The notes under the pieces were generated by a model, which did not search any database, was not told the DNA's origin, and saw only the letters and a list, made by a program, of their open reading frames with translations. Shown here in pieces: positions 9,188 through 17,235 of a stretch of DNA of 20,000 nucleotides; the stretch's first letter is position 1, and each line of letters starts with the position of its first letter. The translations under genes were made by a program, and so were the position numbers. This DNA is from an uncultured virus (IMG/VR IMGVR_UViG_3300032931_000857) (Duplodnaviria; Heunggongvirae; Uroviricota; Caudoviricetes). The stretch lies in IMG/VR virus record IMGVR_UViG_3300032931_000857. The stretch is one strand, 5' to 3'.

Positions 9188-9216
9188 AATATACAATTAA
9201 TGTTACACTATAGCAA
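9188..9216 (-). promoter_or_regulatory. Putative sigma70-type promoter of the RNAP gene
   Basis: TTGCTA (9216-9211), 17 nt, TATATT (9193-9188), about 40 nt upstream of the ATG. The AT-rich background lowers specificity. Confidence 0.5.
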
Positions 9217-9249
9217 TTTTAACATTTATTTAAAATGTGATTATCTGCA

Positions 9250-9272
9250 AAAATATGTAATAACTATAATGT
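9250..9272 (+). promoter_or_regulatory. Repeated upstream motif, copy 1 (AAAATATGTAATAACTATAATGT)
   Basis: The 13-mer ATAACTATAATGT is identical at 10712-10724; 19/21 match to 11099-11119. Confidence 0.5.
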
Positions 9273-9374
9273 AATGATTTAATTATATCAAAAAAAATCA
9301 TCAACACACATTCTTTTGTGTGTATTGATAAAAAAATTATTAAAATTTACCTATCACAAAAAGGAGTAAAAAGT

Positions 9375-9854
9375 ATGAAATGTTTTACATTTCACAATGG
9401 AGACGTGGTGGAAGGGATATTAGCAAATTCCAAAGGAATAATTCTTGGAGAAACCTCCAAGAAACAAACTAAGTTGCAATTCGATCAGAAAAATCCCCCA
9501 ACTCTAATAAACGGACTGGTAATGGACGTAGAAGCGTCCAGCGAGTATGGAACTTTCAAGAAAACAGTTATCAGAAAATCTGATGGAGACTCCAAAGCAA
9601 TACTACTGAGAATTCTGACATCATCGGATGTGACTGAGGCTAAGGTACTAGGAAATTGGTCAACAACAGGGAAGTGGGAAATCGTTGCTACCGGATCTGG
9701 ACTTACATATGTGGATTCGATCATTATCCTATACAACGGCCAGACTGCACGAATAGAGTCAGAGTCTGGCGAAAAATGGTTAATAATGAATAACAGGGGC
9801 TCAATTGAGCTCGGATCGATTGTAAAGAGTATTAGGTTTTTAGAGAAAGGATAA
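9375..9854 (+). CDS. Hypothetical protein (159 aa)
   Basis: The ORF track starts at 9318, but AAGGAG at 9361-9366 precedes the in-frame ATG at 9375. No family recognised. Confidence 0.75.
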   Translation: MKCFTFHNGDVVEGILANSKGIILGETSKKQTKLQFDQKNPPTLINGLVMDVEASSEYGTFKKTVIRKSDGDSKAILLRILTSSDVTEAKVLGNWSTTGKWEIVATGSGLTYVDSIIILYNGQTARIESESGEKWLIMNNRGSIELGSIVKSIRFLEKG

Positions 9855-9921
9855 GGTTAAAAAATATGATTCCTTTAATTATTTTGCTTCTACTATGGTA
9901 GAAGCTTTGATATAACATATT

Positions 9922-9975
9922 AAAACGGGGTGTTATATCGACCACGTATAGAGTGGCATATTACCCGTTTTTTTT
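9922..9975 (+). terminator. Long stem-loop with T-tract (probable intrinsic terminator)
   Basis: AAAACGGG...CCCGTTTT outer stem, inner CCAC/GTGG stem, followed by a T run. Confidence 0.55.
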
Positions 9976-10006
9976 AATTATTAATAAAAAAATATAAGGA
10001 GAAAAT

Positions 10007-10648
10007 ATGATAGACATTGAAGGAAATAAATATCAAACAATAAAGATTGGAAACCAAGAATGGATGGCGGAAAATCTAAAGGTAACGAAATATAATGATG
10101 GCTTAAATATACCTTTAGTAGAAGATAATGATAAGTGGACAAACATTAAAACACCAGCATATTGCTGGTATAATAATGATATTGCCAATAAAGAAAAATA
10201 TGGTGCATTGTATAATTGGTACACTGTAAATACTAAAAAACTAGCACCAATAGGATGGCATATTCCAACTAATGAAGAATGGGATGCACTTCAAAATTAT
10301 TTAATACTTAACAAGTATAATTCGAGTAGAACAATAAAAAAAAATAAAATAGCGAAATCACTTGCATCGAAGACAGATTGGCGTTCATCAACAATTCCAG
10401 GTACAATCGGCAATGATTTAACAAAGAACAATCGTAGTGGTTTTTCGGCCCTTCCGGGCGGTTCTCGTCACTACGATGGTCCATTCAGCATCCAAAATGT
10501 CTACGGTTTCTGGTGGAGTGCTACGGAGAACGGTGCGGCCTACGCATGGAACCGTAACCTCTTCTACGACTTCTACAACTTTTTCAGAAGCAACAACTAC
10601 CTAAAGAGTTTCGGTTTTTCAGTGAGGTTGGTTATGGATTTAAATTGA
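10007..10648 (+). CDS. Fibrobacter succinogenes major paralogous domain (FISUMP / Fib_succ_major) protein; candidate DGR target
   Basis: Motifs DIEGNKYQTIKIGNQEWMAENL, YGALYNWY, PIGWHIPT..EW, GFSALPGG, WWSATE, GFSVRLV. SD AAGGAG upstream. No signal peptide evident. Confidence 0.92.
   Translation: MIDIEGNKYQTIKIGNQEWMAENLKVTKYNDGLNIPLVEDNDKWTNIKTPAYCWYNNDIANKEKYGALYNWYTVNTKKLAPIGWHIPTNEEWDALQNYLILNKYNSSRTIKKNKIAKSLASKTDWRSSTIPGTIGNDLTKNNRSGFSALPGGSRHYDGPFSIQNVYGFWWSATENGAAYAWNRNLFYDFYNFFRSNNYLKSFGFSVRLVMDLN
10440..10635 (+). other. Putative DGR variable repeat (VR)
   Basis: 26 of 48 codons in 10469-10612 end in C (TAC, AAC, TTC, GAC, AGC etc.), and local GC is raised in an otherwise A/T-ending gene. 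It sits at the 3' end of a FISUMP domain and is followed by a hairpin. Boundaries are approximate. Confidence 0.65.
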
Positions 10649-10657
10649 CTATTTGTT

Positions 10658-10687
10658 AATGAGCACTTAATTGTGCTCATTTTTTTT
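10658..10687 (+). terminator. Intrinsic terminator / possible DGR target hairpin
   Basis: AATGAGCAC-TTAATT-GTGCTCATT followed by a T run, about 10 nt after the stop codon. Confidence 0.8.
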
Positions 10688-10711
10688 AGTTATTAACCGT
10701 TATTATCTGGT

Positions 10712-10724
10712 ATAACTATAATGT
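10712..10724 (+). promoter_or_regulatory. Repeated upstream motif, copy 2 (ATAACTATAATGT)
   Basis: Identical to 9260-9272; lies between a terminator and the RBS of the 10762 ORF. Confidence 0.5.
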
Positions 10725-10761
10725 TAATAGAATTCACCATTAACAATTTAGAGGAGTAATT

Positions 10762-11028
10762 ATGGTAGAAAATAAAAAAAAGGACTTCTTAGGGTTCGAT
10801 ATTGGAATCCAAGAATGGGTTATCGGGACGTTCTCACAAAATGGTAGTGCAAATGAAGTGAGAAAGTTATATGGTGCAGAAATCCTTGCCAAAATGGATT
10901 TTGGAGTTACATTAAATAAAAAGATGGAATATGAGATAATATTGGAATCAAACATTCCAATAAAGTTAATTGAGTATCCAAACGGGCGGTTGGAAAGACC
11001 GCATTCAGTATATATTAAAAAAATATAA
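10762..11028 (+). CDS. Hypothetical protein (88 aa)
   Basis: ORF with SD GAGGAG upstream; followed by a hairpin. Confidence 0.75.
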   Translation: MVENKKKDFLGFDIGIQEWVIGTFSQNGSANEVRKLYGAEILAKMDFGVTLNKKMEYEIILESNIPIKLIEYPNGRLERPHSVYIKKI

Positions 11029-11034
11029 ATCTCT

Positions 11035-11062
11035 GGATATAACTTTAACAAAGGTTATATCC
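11035..11062 (+). terminator. Stem-loop downstream of the 88-aa ORF
   Basis: GGATATAAC...GTTATATCC inverted repeat; the T-tract is not immediately adjacent. Confidence 0.45.
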
Positions 11063-11098
11063 ACCTACCTACCATTTATTTTTTAGTTATTTAATGAT

Positions 11099-11121
11099 AA
11101 AATATGAAATAACTATTATAG
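11099..11121 (+). promoter_or_regulatory. Repeated upstream motif, copy 3 (AAAATATGAAATAACTATTATAG)
   Basis: 19/21 identity to 9250-9270; preceded by TTTTTTAGTTAT, as is copy 2. Confidence 0.45.
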
Positions 11122-11314
11122 ATTAAAAATATTAACAACAACAACAACATTCATTTTAAAAAAAATACTCTTTTTTATATATGCACAACTTATAGTATGG
11201 AATATATAGATATAAAATTAAAAATAATACACTATATAGATTTTAATCGTTTAAATATTGTATTAATTAATAAAATAAATTTTAATTTTTTTATTTATAT
11301 ACTACATCTATGGA

Positions 11315-11343
11315 TTGATTTATATATTTAAAGATGTTATCTT
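11315..11343 (+). promoter_or_regulatory. Putative sigma70-type promoter for the 85-aa ORF and primase
   Basis: TTGATT-17 nt-TATCTT with an extended -10 TG. Confidence 0.45.
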
Positions 11344-11389
11344 AATAGATGTTCTTTTCCATTAATCTTTTTTTTCAGAAGGAGCCTTT

Positions 11390-11647
11390 ATGTCAAACGA
11401 TCAGTCGTTAGCAAAAATTAACTTGACAAGTGGAATTCAGATTGAAATCAGGGAAAATGCCGGATTTGCAAATACTTCTGAATTCGCATTGTTTACAAAC
11501 GATCAACTTATAGCAAGCTATATTGTTGACAAAAGAAAAGAAAATATTATTTGCATAAAACCATCGTTAACCAACAAAATGACAAAAATTATCACTAAAA
11601 ATCCTCAAGAAAAATCTGCCCCCACCCTTGCAGATATTGTGCAATAA
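11390..11647 (+). CDS. Hypothetical protein (85 aa)
   Basis: ORF with SD AAGGAG upstream. Confidence 0.7.
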   Translation: MSNDQSLAKINLTSGIQIEIRENAGFANTSEFALFTNDQLIASYIVDKRKENIICIKPSLTNKMTKIITKNPQEKSAPTLADIVQ

Positions 11648-11668
11648 AAAAAAATAACCAATTGTAAA

Positions 11669-11692
11669 TATCCACGGATTAATCCGTGGATA
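11669..11692. repeat. Perfect 24-bp palindrome TATCCACGGATTAATCCGTGGATA
   Basis: Read directly from the sequence; intergenic, 31 nt before the primase ATG. Confidence 0.9.
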
Positions 11693-11723
11693 ATTTATAT
11701 AAACATTTACAGATAGGATTTTT

Positions 11724-14700
11724 ATGCATAAATATATACTGGGTAAACCTCAGTTAAAAATTCTTTTTTCATTGGCTGGAATGCAAATGGAAAATCGGTA
11801 TCATGAAATATATAAAAATTTAGGTTGGAAACAATCTAAAGCTAACAAAAATTTCTTTTGTATAAATCCGGGAGGACATTCTGACGGTGCTGATTCAAAC
11901 GCCTCCCTGACTGTAGACAATAAAACCGGAATGTTTTATTGTCACGCTTGTGGAATTAAAGGAAATTTTCAGTCTTACTGGAAAGAGTACTTAAAAAATA
12001 GATCTTTTGGCGAACATTATTCAGATTTTATAATCGATTTTCTTAAATTAAACGTTTCAAATTATGTTAATTTTTCTACTAACGCAGAAGATCCTAACAT
12101 GGATAAGTACTGCGATCAATTAAAAGAACTTCATGCTACAGTTAAACGTTTAAATTCAGAAAATGGTAATGAAGAATATATATTGCCGCCAGATGTAGAG
12201 GCAATAGTAAATAATGAATCTCAAGAATTTATTATAAATGAATTAAATGTTTATGTTAAAAATCTTCTTAACTCTGATGAAATGATTAATTATTTATATG
12301 AAACCAGAAGAATTACTGTAGACATGATTAAAGAGCTTAGGATAGGGCTTAAAGGCAAGCAACAGCTTATCTTCCCTATGACTAATGAAAAAGACGATCT
12401 GGTAAATTTTAAGGTCTACAACCCTTTAAGTGGCAATCTGGCATATAAATGGTCAGTTCTTCATAAAGGAAAGGGAAGATGTTTTTCATTATACAAAAAT
12501 TTTTATAATAATCCTTTGATGATATGTTCAGGTGAGCCTGACATGTATTGTGCTATAGCACATGGGTTTAAGAATGCTGTTTCGTTAGGTTCTGAAAAAA
12601 ATACTGATATCGATAAGATTTTTGGACCAAATGTTTCTAAAATTTTTAAAGATAAAACTATTGTCATTGTATCTGATTCAGATAAAACAGGATACGAAAG
12701 TTCAAAAGAACTTGCTTTTAATATTTATAAATATACAAAAGACATAAAGATAATAAACTTGGATAAATCAGATACCAATCCTTACGGTCTTGATCCATCG
12801 TTAATTAAAGAATTTGAAGTTAATTTGGTAAGAAAGACCAAAAGATCAGAAAAAGATCTAACTGATTTTTTATTTAAAAATGGATTTAATGAAACTGCAG
12901 GAGAAAGATTTAAAAAATTAATAGATGATACCACGGTATACGTTATTAAAAATTATGAAACTATAAAACAGGAATCTGAACAGAAAAAATTAGAACTATT
13001 TACTTATTCAGATTCTAACTTAGATCATAATTTAAAACCAAAATCAGGATTAGAGTTTCCATTTAATTGTTTGGGATTTAATAATGATGTGTATTTTTAT
13101 TATTCTAAAATAAAAAAACAAGTCGTTGATCTAACTCCTGAGAAACATAAAGCATTACATCTTTTACAATTAGCTCCACTTGAATGGTTTCAGGAATATT
13201 GCGGCAACGAAGACGGCCCATGCTGGAAATTCATTGTAAATGAATTAATTAAAAGATGTCATAGTAAAGGATACTTTACACTTAACAGGATCCGTGGAGT
13301 TGGAACATATTTTGATAATAAAAGGATTGTAACATTTGATGGTGTAAAAAATATTATATGCCTTGAATTTGATGAAGAAGAGAAAATTTATAAAGAAGAA
13401 ATATTTTTATCTGATGATTTTAAATCAGAATATATATACGAAGCATCAACAAATTATAATAAAAAATTGAATGAACTAATTAAAAAAACAGATCCTTTGC
13501 CAATAGACGAATGCAAAAAAATAATAGAAATATTTGAGTTATTGCCATGGGAAAGTTCTATAGATGCAATACTATGTCTTGGATGGACAGTTACGGCAAA
13601 CTTATGTGGAATACTTCCGTGGAGAGCTCATATTCAAATTACAGGATCTTCTGGCGTAGGAAAAACCTGGATAATAGATAATATCATTAAAAAAATAGTA
13701 GGCAATACATGCCTTCATGTTTCGTCAAATACAACAGAGGCAGGTATTAGACAAACATTAAAATATGATGCCCGTCCTATTCTGTTTGATGAAGCTGAAG
13801 GCGAAAGTTATAGTTCGCAAAATAATATTCAAAGAATTATAGAATTAGCACGTCAGGCAAGTTCTGATGATGAGTCTAAAATAATTAAAGGAACAAAACA
13901 TGGAATAGCATATTCTTTTTCTATAAAATCATCATTCTGCTTTGCGAGTATTGGAGTTATGCAATTACTTAAAGCTGATGTATCAAGATTCAGTATTTTA
14001 AGTTTGATTGAAGAAAAGAAAAACAAATCCAATTTTGAAAAACTTATAAAAGAAGTTAAAGAAACTTTAACTGATGAATTTATTATTGGATTAGAAAAAA
14101 CAATGAAACAGTTAATACCATTAATTTTAAAATATCAAAAGATTTTAAGCGATATCATTGCAGAATTATATGGAAGCAAAAGAGGTGGAGATCAATTAGG
14201 AACACTTCTTGTGAGTTATTATATTTTAAAATATTATGACTATATTTCGTATGATCATGCAAAATCATGGATTAAAAGTTTAAAATTTAATGAATATGAA
14301 AATGAAAATGAAAATGAAAATAAAAATGAAAGCAAAGATGAATTTAAATTATTAAATCATATTTTGCATACCTTGTTACCAGTTCATGAATATTTAGATA
14401 ATAAAAATCTTTCAATCGGAGAAATTATTATTAAAAATATTGATTTTTATAAATCTATAAATGAGAATAAATCAAAAGGTTCAAGTATAATGTTAGAATC
14501 TTTAAACTCTAAAGGAACCCATGAATGTGAATATGATAATATTTTACGTAGAAATGGAATAAGACTTTATGAAGGAATAACAAAATTGGCAATTTCTAAT
14601 TCTAATATACAACTAGCTAAAATATTATCAAATACTCCATGGTCACGAAATTGGAAACATATTTTAAAAAGATTGCCTGGAGCAGAAGATAAATTAATAA

Positions 14701-14798
14701 TATTTATAAAAAAATCTAATGCAGAAAAGGCAATAACAATTCCAATTGATACAATTGTTTCAAACAAAGAACAAAATGATGATGAGGATATTGATTAA
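11724..14798 (+). CDS. Primase-helicase fusion (CHC2-like Zn finger, TOPRIM, P-loop NTPase)
   Basis: CINPGGH..D.NASL....GMFYCHACG zinc-binding domain; TOPRIM-like ICSGEPD and IVSDSDKTG; Walker A GSSGVGKT (13644-13667); Walker B ILFDEAE. Confidence 0.88.
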   Translation: MHKYILGKPQLKILFSLAGMQMENRYHEIYKNLGWKQSKANKNFFCINPGGHSDGADSNASLTVDNKTGMFYCHACGIKGNFQSYWKEYLKNRSFGEHYSDFIIDFLKLNVSNYVNFSTNAEDPNMDKYCDQLKELHATVKRLNSENGNEEYILPPDVEAIVNNESQEFIINELNVYVKNLLNSDEMINYLYETRRITVDMIKELRIGLKGKQQLIFPMTNEKDDLVNFKVYNPLSGNLAYKWSVLHKGKGRCFSLYKNFYNNPLMICSGEPDMYCAIAHGFKNAVSLGSEKNTDIDKIFGPNVSKIFKDKTIVIVSDSDKTGYESSKELAFNIYKYTKDIKIINLDKSDTNPYGLDPSLIKEFEVNLVRKTKRSEKDLTDFLFKNGFNETAGERFKKLIDDTTVYVIKNYETIKQESEQKKLELFTYSDSNLDHNLKPKSGLEFPFNCLGFNNDVYFYYSKIKKQVVDLTPEKHKALHLLQLAPLEWFQEYCGNEDGPCWKFIVNELIKRCHSKGYFTLNRIRGVGTYFDNKRIVTFDGVKNIICLEFDEEEKIYKEEIFLSDDFKSEYIYEASTNYNKKLNELIKKTDPLPIDECKKIIEIFELLPWESSIDAILCLGWTVTANLCGILPWRAHIQITGSSGVGKTWIIDNIIKKIVGNTCLHVSSNTTEAGIRQTLKYDARPILFDEAEGESYSSQNNIQRIIELARQASSDDESKIIKGTKHGIAYSFSIKSSFCFASIGVMQLLKADVSRFSILSLIEEKKNKSNFEKLIKEVKETLTDEFIIGLEKTMKQLIPLILKYQKILSDIIAELYGSKRGGDQLGTLLVSYYILKYYDYISYDHAKSWIKSLKFNEYENENENENKNESKDEFKLLNHILHTLLPVHEYLDNKNLSIGEIIIKNIDFYKSINENKSKGSSIMLESLNSKGTHECEYDNILRRNGIRLYEGITKLAISNSNIQLAKILSNTPWSRNWKHILKRLPGAEDKLIIFIKKSNAEKAITIPIDTIVSNKEQNDDEDID

Positions 14799-15576
14799 AA
14801 AAATATGTATTATAATGTAACTTATTGATATTTATATAGTTATAATTTATTAATAATAAGTATAGAATAATTATAGAAAAAATAAATTCGTAACTCATTG
14901 ATTTTCATAGATGACTTACATATTATATATATATATATATTATTTATTTATATATATATATATATATCTATCTCATCTTATTCATCTATTAAAAATCATT
15001 AATTCTTACTCTCTATAATAACATAAAAGTTTAAGATGAGATAGATGAAATGAAGTGTGTATATATATAGTGAAATTGAAAAAAAAAGTATATTTTCAAC
15101 ATTTAAATTATAAATATAATTAAATTAATAACTTATAAGTAAAAAAAAAAATATATTGGGACTTATATATATACAGGTTACAAAATTTTATAACCTTAAA
15201 AAAAAAAAATAATTCATTTTTTATAACTAAAAGTAGTTATATACCTGTAATATTCTTGATATTACTATAATTTGTGATAAAAATAAAAAAAGATAACAAT
15301 GTTTATAAACAATGCTTTTTTATAAAATTTCTAGTATTTTTTAGAACAACATTTTGTAAAGTAAATATTGTTTACAAACATTGTTATCTTTTTAAATCAA
15401 GAAAATATTGAATAAATTAGTTATATAATAAGTTATATTATTGATAAATTATTGATAAATTATTCATATAATTAGTTATATTAAGTGATATTGGTAATAT
15501 TTTTTTGTAGTTATATTTTTTAAAAAAAGATAACTTTGTTCACAAACAATATAAACAATTATTATCAGGACAATTT
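14799..15576. other. Extremely AT-rich non-coding region with inverted and direct repeats; candidate replication origin
   Basis: (TA)n tracts at about 14920-14967; 15-bp perfect inverted repeat 14966-14980/15032-15046; 27-bp inverted repeat 15287-15313/15367-15393 with a third degenerate copy at 15524-15550; directly follows the primase-helicase gene. Confidence 0.55.
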
Positions 15577-16302
15577 ATGCGTGAAATTTTTTCAATTCTT
15601 ATGAAAATTCAATCTTTAAATCTTATTGTTAAAGCTTTAAGGGATTTTAAAATGATATATTTAATATCAAATAAAATTAAAAAAGATGAAAAAATTGATT
15701 GGAATAATAGAATTACTAAAATTGTAGAAAATCATTTAAACGCTTTAATAAGTTTAAATGAATGTACAAAAATTAATAATTTAAAGGAGCAATATTCTTT
15801 ATTTTTAGAAAGATTTAAATCTATTGAAAATAATAAAATCGATTATCTCAATAATTTTTTTGATAATAATAAAGATGTATTAAAATTTTTGATTGTACAT
15901 TCATTATCAATTAAAGAAATGAATATTAATAATATTGATTGGTTTAAAATATATATGATTAAAAAATTAAGACTATCAAAAAGTGAACTTTTAAATTTGT
16001 ATAATGTTAAAGCCATTCCTTTAGAACTTATGAATAAATTAAAAATATTTAACCCTAAACAGTTAGGATTTGATAAATATCCAATCAAAGTATTATACGG
16101 ATTTGATAATTATATTGATTCTGTTTTTATTAATGAATTTGGAGATGAAATTTCTTATCAAAGAAGATTAGATCCAATTGTAGTTGAATATGAATTATGG
16201 AATTTTCCAGTTTTAAAAAAAATTAATGTATCTGAATATATTAATAAATTTGAAACTATTGAATGTTCAACTAATTTTGAAGAGGGTGATGTTCCTTTTT
16301 AA
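15577..16302 (+). CDS. Hypothetical protein (241 aa) with acidic ...EEGDVPF tail
   Basis: ORF with AGGA upstream; no family recognised. Confidence 0.7.
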   Translation: MREIFSILMKIQSLNLIVKALRDFKMIYLISNKIKKDEKIDWNNRITKIVENHLNALISLNECTKINNLKEQYSLFLERFKSIENNKIDYLNNFFDNNKDVLKFLIVHSLSIKEMNINNIDWFKIYMIKKLRLSKSELLNLYNVKAIPLELMNKLKIFNPKQLGFDKYPIKVLYGFDNYIDSVFINEFGDEISYQRRLDPIVVEYELWNFPVLKKINVSEYINKFETIECSTNFEEGDVPF

Positions 16303-16326
16303 TTTTATTCTTGTTAGGAGATTTTA

Positions 16327-16839
16327 ATGAAAACATGGAAATGTGGAATTGATTTTGTACCTAAACAATTAGAATTAACATATATAAATACAAAGAAAAA
16401 ATTTGGTGATATAATCAAAAATACTATCACAGAATTTATTAGGTTAATAATTAAAAGGAAGCCAATATTGCCTACTGTAGTAAAATATGAACCGGGGAAA
16501 ATACATAAAATTGGCAAATTATATCCAAAGATACATGAGGTTTTTATAAAAGGTCAGTGCATTCAGGATATTTATACTAAGATTGAACAACTTGCTCCAA
16601 AATTGCATGGAATTAATATACCTATATATATATTTGAACTTGAGAAAAAAAAAGAATTTTTGTTTAATTTTTATACTATAATTAGTGTGTCTTACAAAAC
16701 AGACTGTAATTCTTGTATAAATATAAAAAAAGAGTTTGGTAATATAATTAAAAATCTTATCACAGATTCGATTGATAAAGAAAAGGAAGATGTTGAGTTT
16801 TTAAAAAAAATATTAGATTATCCAAAAAAGGACAAATAA
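16327..16839 (+). CDS. Hypothetical protein (170 aa) with an internal 20-aa duplication
   Basis: SD AGGAG; YINTKKKFGDIIKNTITEFI versus CINIKKEFGNIIKNLITDSI. Confidence 0.65.
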   Translation: MKTWKCGIDFVPKQLELTYINTKKKFGDIIKNTITEFIRLIIKRKPILPTVVKYEPGKIHKIGKLYPKIHEVFIKGQCIQDIYTKIEQLAPKLHGINIPIYIFELEKKKEFLFNFYTIISVSYKTDCNSCINIKKEFGNIIKNLITDSIDKEKEDVEFLKKILDYPKKDK

Positions 16840-16842
16840 ATT

Positions 16843-17019
16843 ATGAAGTGTATTGTATGTCAAAAAGAAATTAAAAATCCTGAAATTGAAATATTAGAAG
16901 GATGTTTTGTTTGTGATAATGATTGCAAAAAGAATTTTGAAAAAGAAATGAAAGATTTTTTTAATAGAATAATTGTAAATCAACTACCCCGGACACAAGG
17001 GTCGGGGCTTGAATCGTGA
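16843..17019 (+). CDS. Small Cys-rich (zinc-finger-like) protein whose 3' end runs into the IscB element
   Basis: Not in the ORF track. AAGGA upstream; MKCIVCQKEIKNPEIEILEGCFVCDNDCKKNFEKEMKDFFNRIIV then NQLPRTQGSGLES*, the tail being encoded by the element end. Confidence 0.65.
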   Translation: MKCIVCQKEIKNPEIEILEGCFVCDNDCKKNFEKEMKDFFNRIIVNQLPRTQGSGLES

Positions 17020-17235
17020 GATTCAACGCAAGAGTTGATTAGAGGGCTTTTTAAAATGCAGCAGTTTAAAGCAAAGTTAAAGAACGTACCAAGGAATGCT
17101 CCACTAGTTCCCTGCTCTACAAATCCTGTATTAAACAGAGACGAAAGTCTCAGTGCACAGGATGACTTGAAAGAAAGTAGACTGACTTTAAACAATCTCG
17201 AAGTGGATCTACTTCAACATAAAGGAGGGTAGGGC
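16979..17235 (+). ncRNA. omegaRNA scaffold (HEARO-like) upstream of iscB
   Basis: About 260 nt, GC-richer and structured, between the element end and iscB; hairpins include TTGAATC-GTGA-GATTCAA and GAGAC-GAAA-GTCTC. Position is typical of omegaRNA. Confidence 0.8.

Noticed and set aside
11134..11148. (AAC)5 run near the FISUMP gene as a possible DGR template repeat
   Set aside because: Only 15 nt, and the flanks do not align to the variable region (no TGGTGG or GGTTTTTC anchors).
14298..14321. (GAAAAT)4 in the primase-helicase gene
   Set aside because: In-frame EN low-complexity linker; no evidence of phase variation.
15287..15550. 27-bp repeats as a CRISPR mini-array
   Set aside because: Copies are in mixed orientation with irregular spacing, and there are no cas genes.
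17035..17232. 65-aa plus-strand ORF (and the 71-aa antisense ORF at 16980-17195)
   Set aside because: They overlap the omegaRNA scaffold, which explains the region better.
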